Assembly: GCF_006345805.1 (NCBI RefSeq)
Contig: NW_021833431.1
Coordinates: forward strand, 11,309 to 75,308
Source of the DNA: Octopus sinensis
Taxonomy: Eukaryota
Direction: 5' to 3'
DNA: 64,000 nt
Shown here: in pieces, positions 52,053-64,000 of the stretch
Numbering within the stretch: the first letter of the stretch is position 1
Layout of the letters: each line of letters begins with the position of its first letter
Notes under the pieces: model-generated
Database searches by the model: none
The model's input: the letters and a program-made list of their open reading frames with translations, nothing else
Told to the model about the DNA's origin: nothing
Position numbers and translations under genes: made by a program

Positions 52053-52259
52053 TCTTTACTCTTTTACTTGTTTCAGTCATTTGACTGCGGCCATGCTGGA
52101 GCACCACCTTTAATCGATCAACTCACCCCGGGACTTATTCTTTTGTAAGCCCAGTACTTATTCTGTCGGTCTCTTTTGCCGAATTGCTAAGTGACGGGGA
52201 CATTAACACACCAGCATCGGTTGTCAAGCAATGCTAGGGAGGCAAACACAGACACACAA

Positions 52260-52290
<31 letters not shown>

Positions 52291-52432
52291 CGACGGGCTT
52301 CTTTCAGTTTCCGTCTACCAAATCCACTCACAAATAGCCCGAGGCTATAGCAGAAGACACTTGCAGAAGACTGAACCCGGAACCATGTGGTTGGTTAGCA
52401 AGCTACTTTACCACACAGCCACTCCTGCGCCT
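52051..52432 (-). mobile_element. SINE B with two short internal deletions
   Basis: Family B match flanked by (TA)n. Confidence 0.9.
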
Positions 52433-52463
52433 ATATATATATATATAAATATATATATATATA

Positions 52464-52618
52464 TGTTAATAAAATAGAATATATGCATATATATAAACAT
52501 ATATGTACGTACCTACCTCTACATGTACATATACACGCATATATGAGTACAGGACACCAAAAGGACGTCGAACACAAAGAGAGACGGAACACATAGACAC
52601 AAACCAAGGAACAAGACA
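52464..52618 (-). mobile_element. Family F partial copy
   Basis: Reverse complement of 31640-31784; (TA)n flanks. Confidence 0.65.
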
Positions 52619-53039
52619 TATATATATATGTGTGTGTGTGTGTATGTGTGTGTGCGTAAAGCATTTCTAGTTGCTAATGGAAAGTTATCGTGTAGTTTTA
52701 TGTGGGTGCGTGAGCGCGTGTGCTTCATGGGAAGCACTCTTAGCTTTTTTTTTATACCGGAAATAAAGGGATTAGGGAAATGGGCCGCTAATGAAAGAAT
52801 AGGTTGAATGATTACGGGACAGAAGACGAAGCATGGCGAGTAAAGAAAAAGTAGGAAAGTATGGAAGTACTTGTAAGCAGAGAGTTGAAAGGAAAATCAA
52901 GACGTGGGTGTTGCTGAAGGATGGTGGTCTAGGCTGGGATGAGAGAAGACGAGTTAAAGATGTGCTTAGAAAAAGGATTGGCTTAAAAAAATACGTGTAT
53001 AAATGTGTGTGTGTGTGTGTGTGTTTGCTGTGCTCTGCT

Positions 53040-53155
53040 TATGTGTGTCTCCATATATATAAGTGTGTGTGTATATCTATATATCTATCTATTTACCTAT
53101 CTTTCTTTCTGTCTGTCTCTGTCTGTCTATCTATCTGTGTGTCTGTTTGTCTATC

Positions 53156-53230
<75 letters not shown>

Positions 53231-53308
53231 CTCTCTCTGTATCTTTCTATCTATCTGTCTGTCTGTCTATGTATCTATCTATCTGTCTATCTATCTATCT
53301 ATCTGTCA

Positions 53309-53342
<34 letters not shown>

Positions 53343-53349
53343 TTCTCTG

Positions 53350-53390
<41 letters not shown>

Positions 53391-53395
53391 CTATT
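53040..53395. repeat. (TATC)/(TCTG)/(TA) tract
   Basis: Visible directly. Confidence 0.95.
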
Positions 53396-53836
53396 TTCTT
53401 TAGGGCGAATCATTACGCCAATATTGGTGTCCGATTACAATGGGGGGACAAAAATGTTGCCGACGAGGTTGATCAACAAGTACACGCTGCCACAGCAGCA
53501 ACAGCAGCAGTGGCTGCAACTGTTGTTGCTGTTCTTGTTGTTCAGGACGATGATGATGATGATTGTAAGCATTATATGTCGGCGAAGAATACAGGGAGTG
53601 TTGATTAACTTATGTGACTCGCAGCGTGTAGCATTTTGCAGGATGGTAACTGGGGTTTCTTGTAACGAGACGCGTTTAGTAGATGAAAGCCGTTTACTTC
53701 CGGAAGACATGGTGCTAGTGTCAGCACAAGAACATCTACAGGAATCAAAGTAACACTGTTGGCAATGAAGAAGCTAATGATACAGACAATATCACGACGA
53801 TGATGACAATGACGCTTCTATTACTAGCGATAATAT

Positions 53837-54044
53837 ATTCCTTTACTATCCACAAGGGGCTAAACATAGAGGGGACAAACAAAGGGATTAAGTCGATTAC
53901 ATCGACCCAGTGCGAAACTGGTACTTTATTTATCGACCCCGAGAGGATGAAAGGCAAAGTCGTCCTCGGCGGAATTTGAACTCAGAACGTAACGACAGAC
54001 GCATTTCGCCTGGCGCGCTAACGTTTCTGCCAGCTCGCCACCTT
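53837..54044 (-). mobile_element. SINE A (A1 tail), 13-bp TSD
   Basis: TSD ctagcgataatat at 53824-53836 and 54045-54057. Confidence 0.9.
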
Positions 54045-54089
54045 CTAGCGATAATATTAATAATAGTAGTTGTAGTAGTAGTAGTAGTA

Positions 54090-54630
54090 ATGGATTCAGA
54101 TTTTGGCACAAGGTGAGCAATTTTGGAGGGGTGGGTGGAAGCTGATTACATTGACCCCAGTGCTCGACTGGTACTTTATTTGTTGACATCGGTTTAATTT
54201 GAACTCAGAACGCGAGGAAGACCGAAAACTAGCGGTATGCATTTTTTCCGGCGTGCTAACGATTCTACAAGCTCGTTGCCTTTATGATGACGGTGAAGAG
54301 GATAATAATAATACTAATAATAATAATGATGAAGATGATGATGGTGAAGAGGATAATAATACTACTACTAATAATAATAATGATGAAGATGATGATAGTG
54401 ATAATAATAATAATAATAATAATAATAATTATAGCCTTTTCTACTATAGGCACAAGGCCTGAAATTTTAGGGAAGGGGGCCAGTCGATTAGATCGACTCC
54501 AGTACGCAACTGGTACTTAATTTATCGACCCCGAAAGGATAAAATGCAAAGTCGACCTTGGCGGAATTTGAACTCAGAACGTAATGGCAGACGAAATACC
54601 GCTAAGCATTTTGCCCGGCGTTAACAATCC
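54090..54630 (-). mobile_element. Two SINE A (A2 tail) copies (54090-54282, 54430-54630) separated by an (AAT)/(GAT) tract with a ~54-bp duplication
   Basis: Family A body plus ggcacaaggcctgaaatttt tail. Confidence 0.8.
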
Positions 54631-54814
54631 TTTCTCCTTTGGTTGAAATTTTTATCCAGAGGGTTGAAAATTTGGTAGAACGAAGAGTAGAATACACAGA
54701 CCTGAGTTCTAGATGCTATTTATTTTATTGATCTTGAAAGGATGAGGAGCAAAAACAACCTCACCAGATCTTCTCCCTCAAGTTTCCTCGTCTGATACGC
54801 TGCTGTGTTAGAGG

Positions 54815-55035
54815 ACGGTGATGATGATGATTATGTTGTAGATGATGATGATGAAGACATCAATGGTGAAGACGACAACAACGAAGTTGCTGATGCTAAT
54901 GATGATGAGGATAATGAGAATCATAATGAAGATGATGGTGATGATGACGATGATGATGAAGGTGATGACGATGCTGATACCGATGATGTCGATGATGATG
55001 ATGATGATGTCGATGATGATGTCGATGATGATGTT
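54815..55035. repeat. (GAT)n microsatellite
   Basis: Visible directly; source of the poly-D and poly-M ORFs. Confidence 0.95.
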
Positions 55036-55616
55036 GGCAGTGGTGGCGTCAGTGTGCGATGCCGACACCATCAACGTCAAACGTACGTTACTTAAAAAAA
55101 AACTGTTATTTGGTATGCAGAACGTTATCGCTAGACTCTGCTCATTGATAACTTTCACCAATACACTGCAGTTATCAGTATAACAATCACCTCTACGACA
55201 AAAGCAAGAGCAACAGCAAATAGAACAGCAACAACAAGACGTAGTACAATAAAGAACATTGATTACAATCCACCCCACCACCATCGAACAGACAACAAAC
55301 TCACGCTCTGAAAAAGAAGAAAACACAGACGACTGAGAAGTGTGAGATGTAACGAAATCAATGGCATGTAATAAGGATAAAGGAAGAGTACAAGGAAGAG
55401 AAGAAAATTTAAAAGAAGTAGGAGGTGGGTGAAGAGCTGGCAGATAAAGACTGAAGCCGGATTAGGAGGTTAATAATAGCAGAGATAAAGCCTGACTGCC
55501 GTAGTACTTAATTCGTCGGTCAACATTCAGAGGAATATGGTAAGAATAAAAGGACGAGAGCCAAGTGCAGAGACAACATGTATAACACACATCCTTTTAC
55601 AACAATATCCATCAAA

Positions 55617-55655
<39 letters not shown>

Positions 55656-56052
55656 TTTCATACATAAATATAAGAGGGAATTTCTTACCGCTATGTGGAA
55701 ACCCTTATGCTAGAAGAAGATCCGCTATGATCTTAACCACTAAGAATTGTTCTCCAGAAAATTTAGCACACCTGAAACGTAAGACAAATGAAAAGTAACA
55801 AAAACATAGATTAATCATAAACAATTGTTTCACTATCAACAAATTACGTAATTTTACTTACATAATTTATCTGCAGATCGTCGGTATGATCGTCTATGCA
55901 ATATATATATATATATATATATATAGATATATATATATATATATATATACACGCACATATAGCTACGTGTTATATATATTTATACATATATACATGCACG
56001 CATACACACACACACACACACACACACACTCACTCACTCACTCACTCACTCA

Positions 56053-56093
<41 letters not shown>

Positions 56094-57342
56094 GTGTGTG
56101 TCTGAGAGAGAGAGGGAAATTGAGTCCAAAACAAGTTTATATTATGAGTTTTTACGTATGTTTCAACATTCTTGGTGTTTGGAATCCTGTATTGGATATT
56201 TATATTTGGATTTTAAACCGGAACAGATCTCCAGGTATCACCACGTTGCATTTTTTTGCCTATAGCTGATGTATGTAAATATACGCATATATTTCCATAC
56301 TTACAAACAGATGCTATCCCTCACAGACACAAATGCACACAGACAAAGAAGTCGCAGTTTTCTCGAAGGTTTAAGAACTTTGCTTCTCAAGTATGATATC
56401 GTGGTTTCCATTTTTCTGCATGGATGCTTAGACAAAATTAATTTCTTTTATCGCTTTGTGAGCACCTCATACATTGGAAGCGAAACAGGGTAGACGGAAA
56501 CTGAATTAAAAGCAGTCTGATGGGAAGTACTAGGAATTCGATAGGGCACTCCTTATCACGAACTGCGTGACGTTAAATTAACCTGAGAATTATTTTAAGG
56601 GTGCACGTGGTGATGGAGTGCTCAGTCAAAAGCACATTCATTTCAAATATACGTAAATCAAATATAGGTAACTTGATGGTGCAAGTGATTCTGCATAGAC
56701 GAACGGGCGGACAACTGAGTCCTCATTGTCGAAAGGAAGAAATCGTCAAATAGATTTAGATGAATGCTTATGTGTGTTTGTGTGTGTGAGTGTTAGAGAG
56801 ATAAGTATGTGTGTGTATCGACGATATATCTTACTTAGCGTTTATATTAAACATATATATGTACCTATATACAAACCCCAGATGAGTCACACTTGGGACA
56901 AAACCACATAGGAACTCAACCTTAGTTAACTAAGATCGTTATTGCAACCAAAGACAAACAACAAGAAGAGTTTTACTGAATTCAGATTCAATATTTGATA
57001 CATTGTGGAACATACTTAGAAACACACCGATACCAAGAACAGAAAATAATGCTGTTAGCTGGAACGGCTTTAATCATAGAAATTTAGCTAAAATTTAAGC
57101 ACGCACTGAATAGCAGTTGTCAAATTGCTTCTATATTCTAGAACACAAATTTGCATGTCATTCTGTTGGCATCTCAAATGGTTTTCGGTTGATTGAAATT
57201 ACATGCGGAATTCTACTGAGGAAAAGAATTTCAAAAACATATGAATATAAGTGAGTGTGCGTGTGTATGTATATATGTAGATGTAATTTTATATACAGAT
57301 GAGTGTTTATATGTATGCATACATACATTCATACTTACATGC

Positions 57343-57400
<58 letters not shown>

Positions 57401-58111
57401 GTATGTATGTATATATGTATGTATATGCGTATGCTTGTATATATGTATATATTTGTGCGTGTCAATAGGCAAGGAGCGGAAATATATAAAACCATACGTA
57501 TGCGTATACATATATGAATGTATTCGATATTAAGAGGTCTTTTATTTAAAAGTATTGTAAAACTGGCATTTAAATACACAGCAATTCTTGCCTTTTTTTT
57601 TGTTTTTGTTTTTAATTCTATAATCCGTTTTGTTTTTTACGAATTCAATAATATTGCAATCCTTTACTTTATATTTGCCTCGTGCTTATCCGATGGCTTC
57701 TTTCTATGTTTTTGCAAATCATTTTTTTATAGCATGTCATGAAAATTCGCGAGGCCTGATATCTGCGTACACACAAACACACACACACACACACATCTAT
57801 CTCTGTATCTACACACAAATACAGACCTCCCTCTCTCTCTCTCTCTCTATACATTCACACATATATTTATATATTTACAGATATCTTTTTTTCTTTCTTT
57901 ATCTTTATGTAAATATGTGTGCGTGTCTGTTCATGTAGATGTATGTGTGTGTGCATGCACAGGATAATTAAGACGATGGATTTGAATTCAAATTAAAACA
58001 CAATAATTTTCGTTGCCATTGTTCAATAAGAAAATAATAATAGCCAAATTTACAATAACAATATGCATATAAATATTAATGATTTTTGCTATAATAATAA
58101 TAAAAAATAAT

Positions 58112-58473
58112 AACAAGGGCATTCAGAAAACGTAAGCCTCCACCAACACAACACCAACGTCCTCTGAACGATTAGCCAGAGAGGATTTTTAAAATGAGAA
58201 TATCTGAAATCAACTGCTCTCACAAACGAGTATATTAAGAATGAACCCGACCACCCTCGGAAATTACGTAAAAAAAATCAGGAAAAGTTATCCAGTATCC
58301 TTGTCTAGTACCTGATCGATACCAAAATCTAAACAGTTCGTGCCAGTCACAAGGCCAAACATCCCTGAATGTTTCATCCGAATCCATTCCGCGGTTCTTC
58401 AGATATCTTGTCTACAGTAAAACAAACAAACACGACTGAAACAATACTTCCGCCTTAACGAAGGCAGCGGTAA
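58112..58473 (+). mobile_element. DINE-1/HINE-like element, second copy
   Basis: Homologous to 19959-20328; 3' hairpin cttccgccttaacgaaggcagcgg followed by taa. Confidence 0.65.
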
Positions 58474-58964
58474 AAACAGGGCTACAGCAAATATTCTTCA
58501 CAATACTGCAGATTTGCTTGTCATTTATTTGACCATTACCAGTTGAACGTGTCTCTTAGTGGCTGAGATTACGTGCATGTCTGATCACGAGCAGAAGTTA
58601 TGGGGGAGCATTATAGCTAGGAATTATTGGGGGTTTGAATAATTCATCTCTGGAAACATGGACGTTTTGTTCGTCACTCTGAAACAAACCTTATTCCAGG
58701 AACCTTTTGTGCGGGATGGACTACTCGACCTGAAGAAAATATTCTCCACAAGTTAGGTCATTCACTGTGTATCTTGATATAAGGTCAACGTATCAACGTA
58801 TCGTGCACATATGTTTGTGATATGATGTAACCGGTGTACCCTTAACAGACTGGTAGTCATGATGAGTATATTGGACTTCGTATATTTTACCCCAGTGTCA
58901 CATTGATGGGATGCACTGCTCTCTTATTCAATAATGATAATAATAGACAATGAGTAAATCTGAA

Positions 58965-59058
58965 ATATGGTGGAATTTGAACTCAGAACGTAACGACAGA
59001 CGAAATACTGTTAAGCATTTCGCCCGACTTTCTAACGTCTCTGCCAGCTTGCCACCTT
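58965..59058 (-). mobile_element. SINE A 5' fragment
   Basis: ggaatttgaactcagaacgtaacgacagacgaaatac...ctgccagcttgccacc. Confidence 0.8.
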
Positions 59059-59407
59059 ATATATCTCTATATATAAAACTGAAATGCGTTTTTACCACTT
59101 GGATCGCTTTCAATGCCACTACATCCCGTCCGATTCGCTCCCAAATTTACAGGGACATGTAGAATGAGGTGACGATGCTCGTGGGCTACCTTAGAAATCC
59201 CTAGCCTAAAAGGTGTGGTTGCTAGGGGCCATCTTCCTCATTCACGCTATTTCCTCCAATACCCTCTCACTCCTCTTCAGGGCTAATCATGTCCTAGGAT
59301 GAAATTGGACGAAACCGAAATCTTTATTGTATAAGCAGGTCATAAACAACCAAGGGTTTCGATCTGTTTCAAGCTCAAAACGGCCAGATCTTACCTTTCA
59401 TACATAC

Positions 59408-59463
<56 letters not shown>

Positions 59464-61659
59464 TATGTTTGTACTATCAGAACAGACTATTTAGAATTCG
59501 TTCTGATAATCTTGATAGCGACGACGGCAAAGATAACGTTAGTGATGTAATGTAGTTGATCACGATGATGGAGGTGTTGATGGTATTGGTTGTGATGGTG
59601 GAGACGGCGAATGCCTTTCTCGTTTCAGGGTAGAGAATCACTCTCGCTGTGCATTCCCGTTTATTTTCTTCATGCTCATTGAAATCCCATGCTGAGAGTT
59701 CTTGTTGTGTAGTTTATATGTATTTAATTTTTAAATGCTTTTTTTTTATTTGTTTCTTCTGTGTTTTTTTTTTTTTTTCTTTTTGGTTTTGTTTTAGTTT
59801 TTACTTATTTCATGCTGAGGTAATCAAGTTCACCTATCAAGCAGCCTAACAGATGGAAGTGAATGGAAACGAAAAAAAAAAAAAAAAATACCTATCCACC
59901 CTCCCCTACTCCGACTCATAAAAACCAAAACAAAACGAAATAAGAGAAATAGAAGTAAAAGATAAACGAACAATAAAGAAAACAAGTTAAAAAAACTAAG
60001 AAAAAAAATGCATGAAATAAAATAAACCTACACTTGTTCCGGCTTATTCTGTCAATCAAAGCAGTTGCCGAGAATAAATAAACACAACACGTACAAGCAT
60101 ACAGAAATAGATAAGATGGAGATGAAGTGGAGGTAGACGCAGAAGAAAGCTCATGTCTAGCTTCTACATACGTGCGTGTAAGTATATACATACGTATACG
60201 TATATGAATATATACGTAAATATACATATCTCCCTCTTTTCTATATATGAACAGCTGCTCGTATGAGTATTTTTGTATTCTACTAGTTCTTCGTAAATAG
60301 TGAGAGGTCCTCCGAGAGTTGGTATTTAGCAGGGTTTTTTTTTTAAAGCGATGTGGAGGGGAGTATCTGAATTTTGCATCTTGTTTCACTTGGAGTCCTT
60401 TTTAACGCTCCTGGAGAGGACCCAAAACTTTTACGCGTTTAATTCCCAGGTGAACTGATAAATATCCCAAGTGGTTTTCATTAAATGATCTCAGCACTTT
60501 TAGCTGAAAAATAAAAAAAAATAATAAATGGAAGACAAAGCGAGATAAGATATATTGTGTCCGCAATAATGCGATCCTAGATACGGAATTCCTTAATAGC
60601 TAAACAGGAAAAGATCTGAATTTAAATCCGAGTGATGAAGGCTGTGCAAGAAACAAAAAGGGATAGTAGTTTGGAATTTATAATCAGGGAGCTGGGTGTT
60701 CGAGTACGTATCTACTCAGATATTCAGCACATACTTACAAAGAGACGTATTACAGTAGTGCACAATTGTTCTCTCTCTTCCTTTCCGTTATCTTTCTCAT
60801 ACATACACACATTTCCCCCCCCTCTCTCTCTCTCTCTCTCTCTTCCCCATCTCTTTCTCTCTTTCTTGTTGTCTCTACCATTCATACTTTTCTAACCCAC
60901 CGTGGTAATCAATAACATTATGAATGTCTAGTAGAACTTAAGTGCTTTGTTCATTTCATTTAACTACGACATCTTCGTCTCTACGATTTTCTTCCAGTGT
61001 TAGGTGCAAGAAACACCAATTTTCGCACCGCGCAGAAACTGAAGGAGCTACTTAAAGATATCGCTGCACATTATGGTCATGGTGGCTAAAGCAATTTCGG
61101 AAACCCTTGCATATATTCATTGGGTATCTCAGAGTCGCAAGCGTTATGCTCCTTATTCGCTTCGCTTCACTCGAGTTGGTTAGCGTAGATGGAAGAAGCG
61201 TTTCATCCGCTCTTTTGTCAACCATACCGATTTTTAGTAGACTTAGCTGCCATGAATATCCCCTCAGGGATTTTCTTTTCCTGTTCGGCTTCCAAACCGA
61301 TTTTCTGCAAGAATGAATGCACCGATATTGCAAGGAAACTGTAGCCGCCAACTTAATTACAGAATCAGTCTGAGTGCCACACTTCCTATTGAAGTACATG
61401 TTAGCAGTAAAAATAGGGGACAAATGAATGTCATAATCGGTAGAGTGTCTGACATCATTCATTGTGATAGCTTTACGATCTGAATTAAAATCAACACTAA
61501 CTTCATTTTAATCCTATATATATATATATCGCATTTTCTTGAATTATTTCCCCCTAAAGTATCTGAAGGCACTAAATCGATTTTTAGAAACAAAATATGA
61601 AGTTACGTTTATGAATTTATGTTGTAGGATTCTTGATGTGAAACCATGTGTTGCAACAT

Positions 61660-61950
61660 ATATTGTTGTAATTCGGGACGGTCATTTTTATTTTTTTGTC
61701 GAAAAGAAAAAAACACACCCTCGCTATATATTCGTTCTTCACTCGTTTATTACTGTTCTTATTCTAACTCATGTCCATTGTACGGAAATCTTTCGTCGCA
61801 TATAAATTAACGCTGAAGAGGTCACAGGTGTGTGATGAAAGATTTCCGGACAATGGAGTTAGAATAAGAGCAATAATATACGAGTGAAGAAAGAATATAT
61901 AGTGCGTGTGTTTATTTGGCAGAAGAAATTACCGTCCCGAAATACAATAA
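61660..61950. repeat. Long imperfect inverted repeat (arms roughly 115-135 bp, 42-nt spacer)
   Basis: Left arm 61660-61794 is the reverse complement of 61837-61950 with indels (e.g. ttcgggacggt/accgtcccgaa; cttcactcgt/acgagtgaag; ttattctaactc/gagttagaataa; ggaaatctttc/gaaagatttcc). Confidence 0.85.
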
Positions 61951-63557
61951 AATACGTATTTTCTCTATGTTGGATGTCATTATCACAATTAACAAAGCGG
62001 TGACCTGGTAAAATCGTTTGGCGATATTTTGTCTGGCTTTACGGCTTGAATGCAAATTCCTTCGAGACTGACAATGAGTTTCATCTTTTCGGATTCCATA
62101 AATAACTACCAGATGAACTTTGAGGTTGGTGTAATTTACTAGGATCCTTCCCCTAAATTTCAGAATTTCTGCCTAAAGTCGAAAGAAATATTTTCGCAAA
62201 GAATTTCAGATCAGTGAAAACCTAGTGTTTTGGATTTGATTATGAAATATCTTGAGCAATTATGTTGGTTCATACTCTACCTATTGTCAATTAGAGGCGA
62301 AGTATGATGTGTGAAGGTAGCAAATATAAGATGTTGTTAGCTACATGTATATATAGTTGAATTAGTAATAAAACATTCTGGAATTAAATCAATCAGCCAT
62401 CTTGTTTAAAATGAACAAAGGAGGGACTCTATAAGCTGTCTATCTACTTTCTGCAACAGCAACCAATCTCTCCACTAATTTCAACCTACCATCTTGGAAG
62501 AGAAAGTATCTATCAGATAATTTAATTTTAGGCACACGAACCCTAAGAGAAATGGAAGATAAGTTTCGAAGAAAAAACAATTTTGATTGCAAGCCTTCTC
62601 GTTCAGTTTCGCCTAACAGGCAACATAACAAGAACAACAACAGCAAATGAAATCACCATTTGGGTATCGGTCAACGATAGAATATACATCCTGCTCTGTC
62701 TGAATATTATATTACAGCGTTTGCAATTAAATTTTCATATTTTCGGGTAAAAGTAGCATTTGTGCACTTATTGAATAGAAACTAGTCGAAGGAACAAGGA
62801 GATAGCTGATGAGGCTAGTGCAATATCGTCGTCACGTTATCTGCTATTTCTTTTATTAATTGAGCATGTTATCTGTACACAGACCACGATGTTATCATGC
62901 ATATTTAATCTGTGATCACTGTCAAGCGTAATTTTAGATATATGTTATCGTGCTTGTGAATATGAGAAAATTTCTATCTAATTTGAATGGCTGAACCCTT
63001 CAAATATTACTTCGACCTCTAAAACGTCGTATTACAGTGTTTCTACTGTCACGAAGGAATATGTTGCACTAATACGTTCCATGGAAGGTTATATTATATA
63101 TGATAAGCAACAATTTGTGACACAAGACTGAAACCTGTACACCTGCCAAAGGAACTTGCTTATTAAGCTGAAGATATAAAACTAACACCAAAAAAAAAAA
63201 ATAGAAAGAAAAAGGTGATATCTGAACTGACAGCACAAGACTGACATGCGCTGTAGAACATTACAGCATTTGCTACGTTTTCTTTCTGAATTTCGATTCC
63301 ATAGCAGCATCACGTACATGAGCAGGTTCAAAAGTAACATTTACGCCTACTTTAGCACTTAATTACAATATTGTGCTGCCATAGATGACCAATGTGTTAC
63401 TTTGCTGTTGCAAAAGCTGTACAGCTCAGTTCTTTTTCATCCTGGATTTGCCACATATAAATACAATGTTTCACTTGTAATTTTGTTATATTTGCGTGGA
63501 TAAACCTCAATTCAACTTAATTCTCCCTTCTCTTTTCTTCTTTTCCTTTGTCACAAA

Positions 63558-63559
<2 letters not shown>

Positions 63560-63617
<58 letters not shown>

Positions 63618-64000
63618 CTATATATCTATATCTATCTATATATCTATATCTATCAATCAACCTCTATCTATATATCGATCTCTATTAATCTATCTCTAGC
63701 TATATATCTATCTATATATCTTTATCTATATCTATCTAACTATATATCTACCTCTATCTATATATCTATCTCTATCTATATATCTATCTCTATCTATATA
63801 TCTATCTCTATCTATATATCTCTATCTATCTATCTATCCATCTATCTATCTATCTATCCATCCATATCTATCCATATCCATCCATATCTATCTCTATCTA
63901 TCCATATCTATCCATATCTATCTCTATCTATCCATATCTATCTCTATCTATCCATATCTATCTCTATCTATCCATCCATATCTATCCATATCTATCTCTA
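63560..64000. repeat. (TATC)n grading into a higher-order unit (tatctctatctatccatatc)
   Basis: Visible directly. Confidence 0.9.

Noticed and set aside
53404-53564. Strong acceptor and gtaagc donor around GRIITPILVSDYNGG...
   Set aside because: No similarity to the receptor ATD and runs through CAG/GAT repeats.
52833-53753. 306-aa ORF
   Set aside because: Mostly (TG)n/(TATC)n/(TA)n translation (IYLS repeats); no domain-like sequence.
54805-55183. Poly-Asp and poly-Met ORFs
   Set aside because: Translations of a (GAT)n microsatellite.
55705-55735. ctagaaga-agatc-cgctat-gatct hairpin resembling a hammerhead stem II
   Set aside because: No GAAA after the stem and the core is not CUGANGA.
61000-61090. 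Plus-strand acceptor followed by VLGARNTNFRTAQKLKELLK...
   Set aside because: Ends in a stop with no good donor; no receptor similarity.

Overview
AT-rich, microsatellite-dense eukaryotic DNA with no long real ORF. Nearly all ORFs in the supplied track are translations of (TA)n, (CA)n, (TATC)n or trinucleotide repeats. The repeat make-up (several abundant tRNA-headed SINE families, RTE LINE fossils, DINE/HINE-like elements, a hAT MITE, elements embedded in (TA)n) most resembles an octopus/coleoid cephalopod genome; this is inferred from recalled repeat families, not from a search. One convincing coding exon, too short for the ORF track, lies at 30571-30679 (+): MDLVKGFQAVKKMWFCILLLVATSQSTKALPATIRV-G|gtaagt. 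It is a signal peptide plus the first beta-strand of a non-NMDA (kainate/AMPA-like) ionotropic glutamate receptor, with the phase-1 intron position seen in vertebrate GRIA/GRIK genes. I found no recognisable exon 2, so the right half of the window is probably intron 1 (>33 kb), and the CpG-rich 27.1-27.8 kb region may be the promoter/5' UTR. Notable non-coding structure: hammerhead-ribozyme-like motifs with a shared non-canonical core in a (TA)n-flanked repeat family, a nested self-insertion array of one SINE, modular head/tail swapping between SINEs, 60-70 bp flanking duplications, an 815-bp tandem duplication, and foldback structures in the receptor intron. SINE family letters (A-F, H) are my own working labels.
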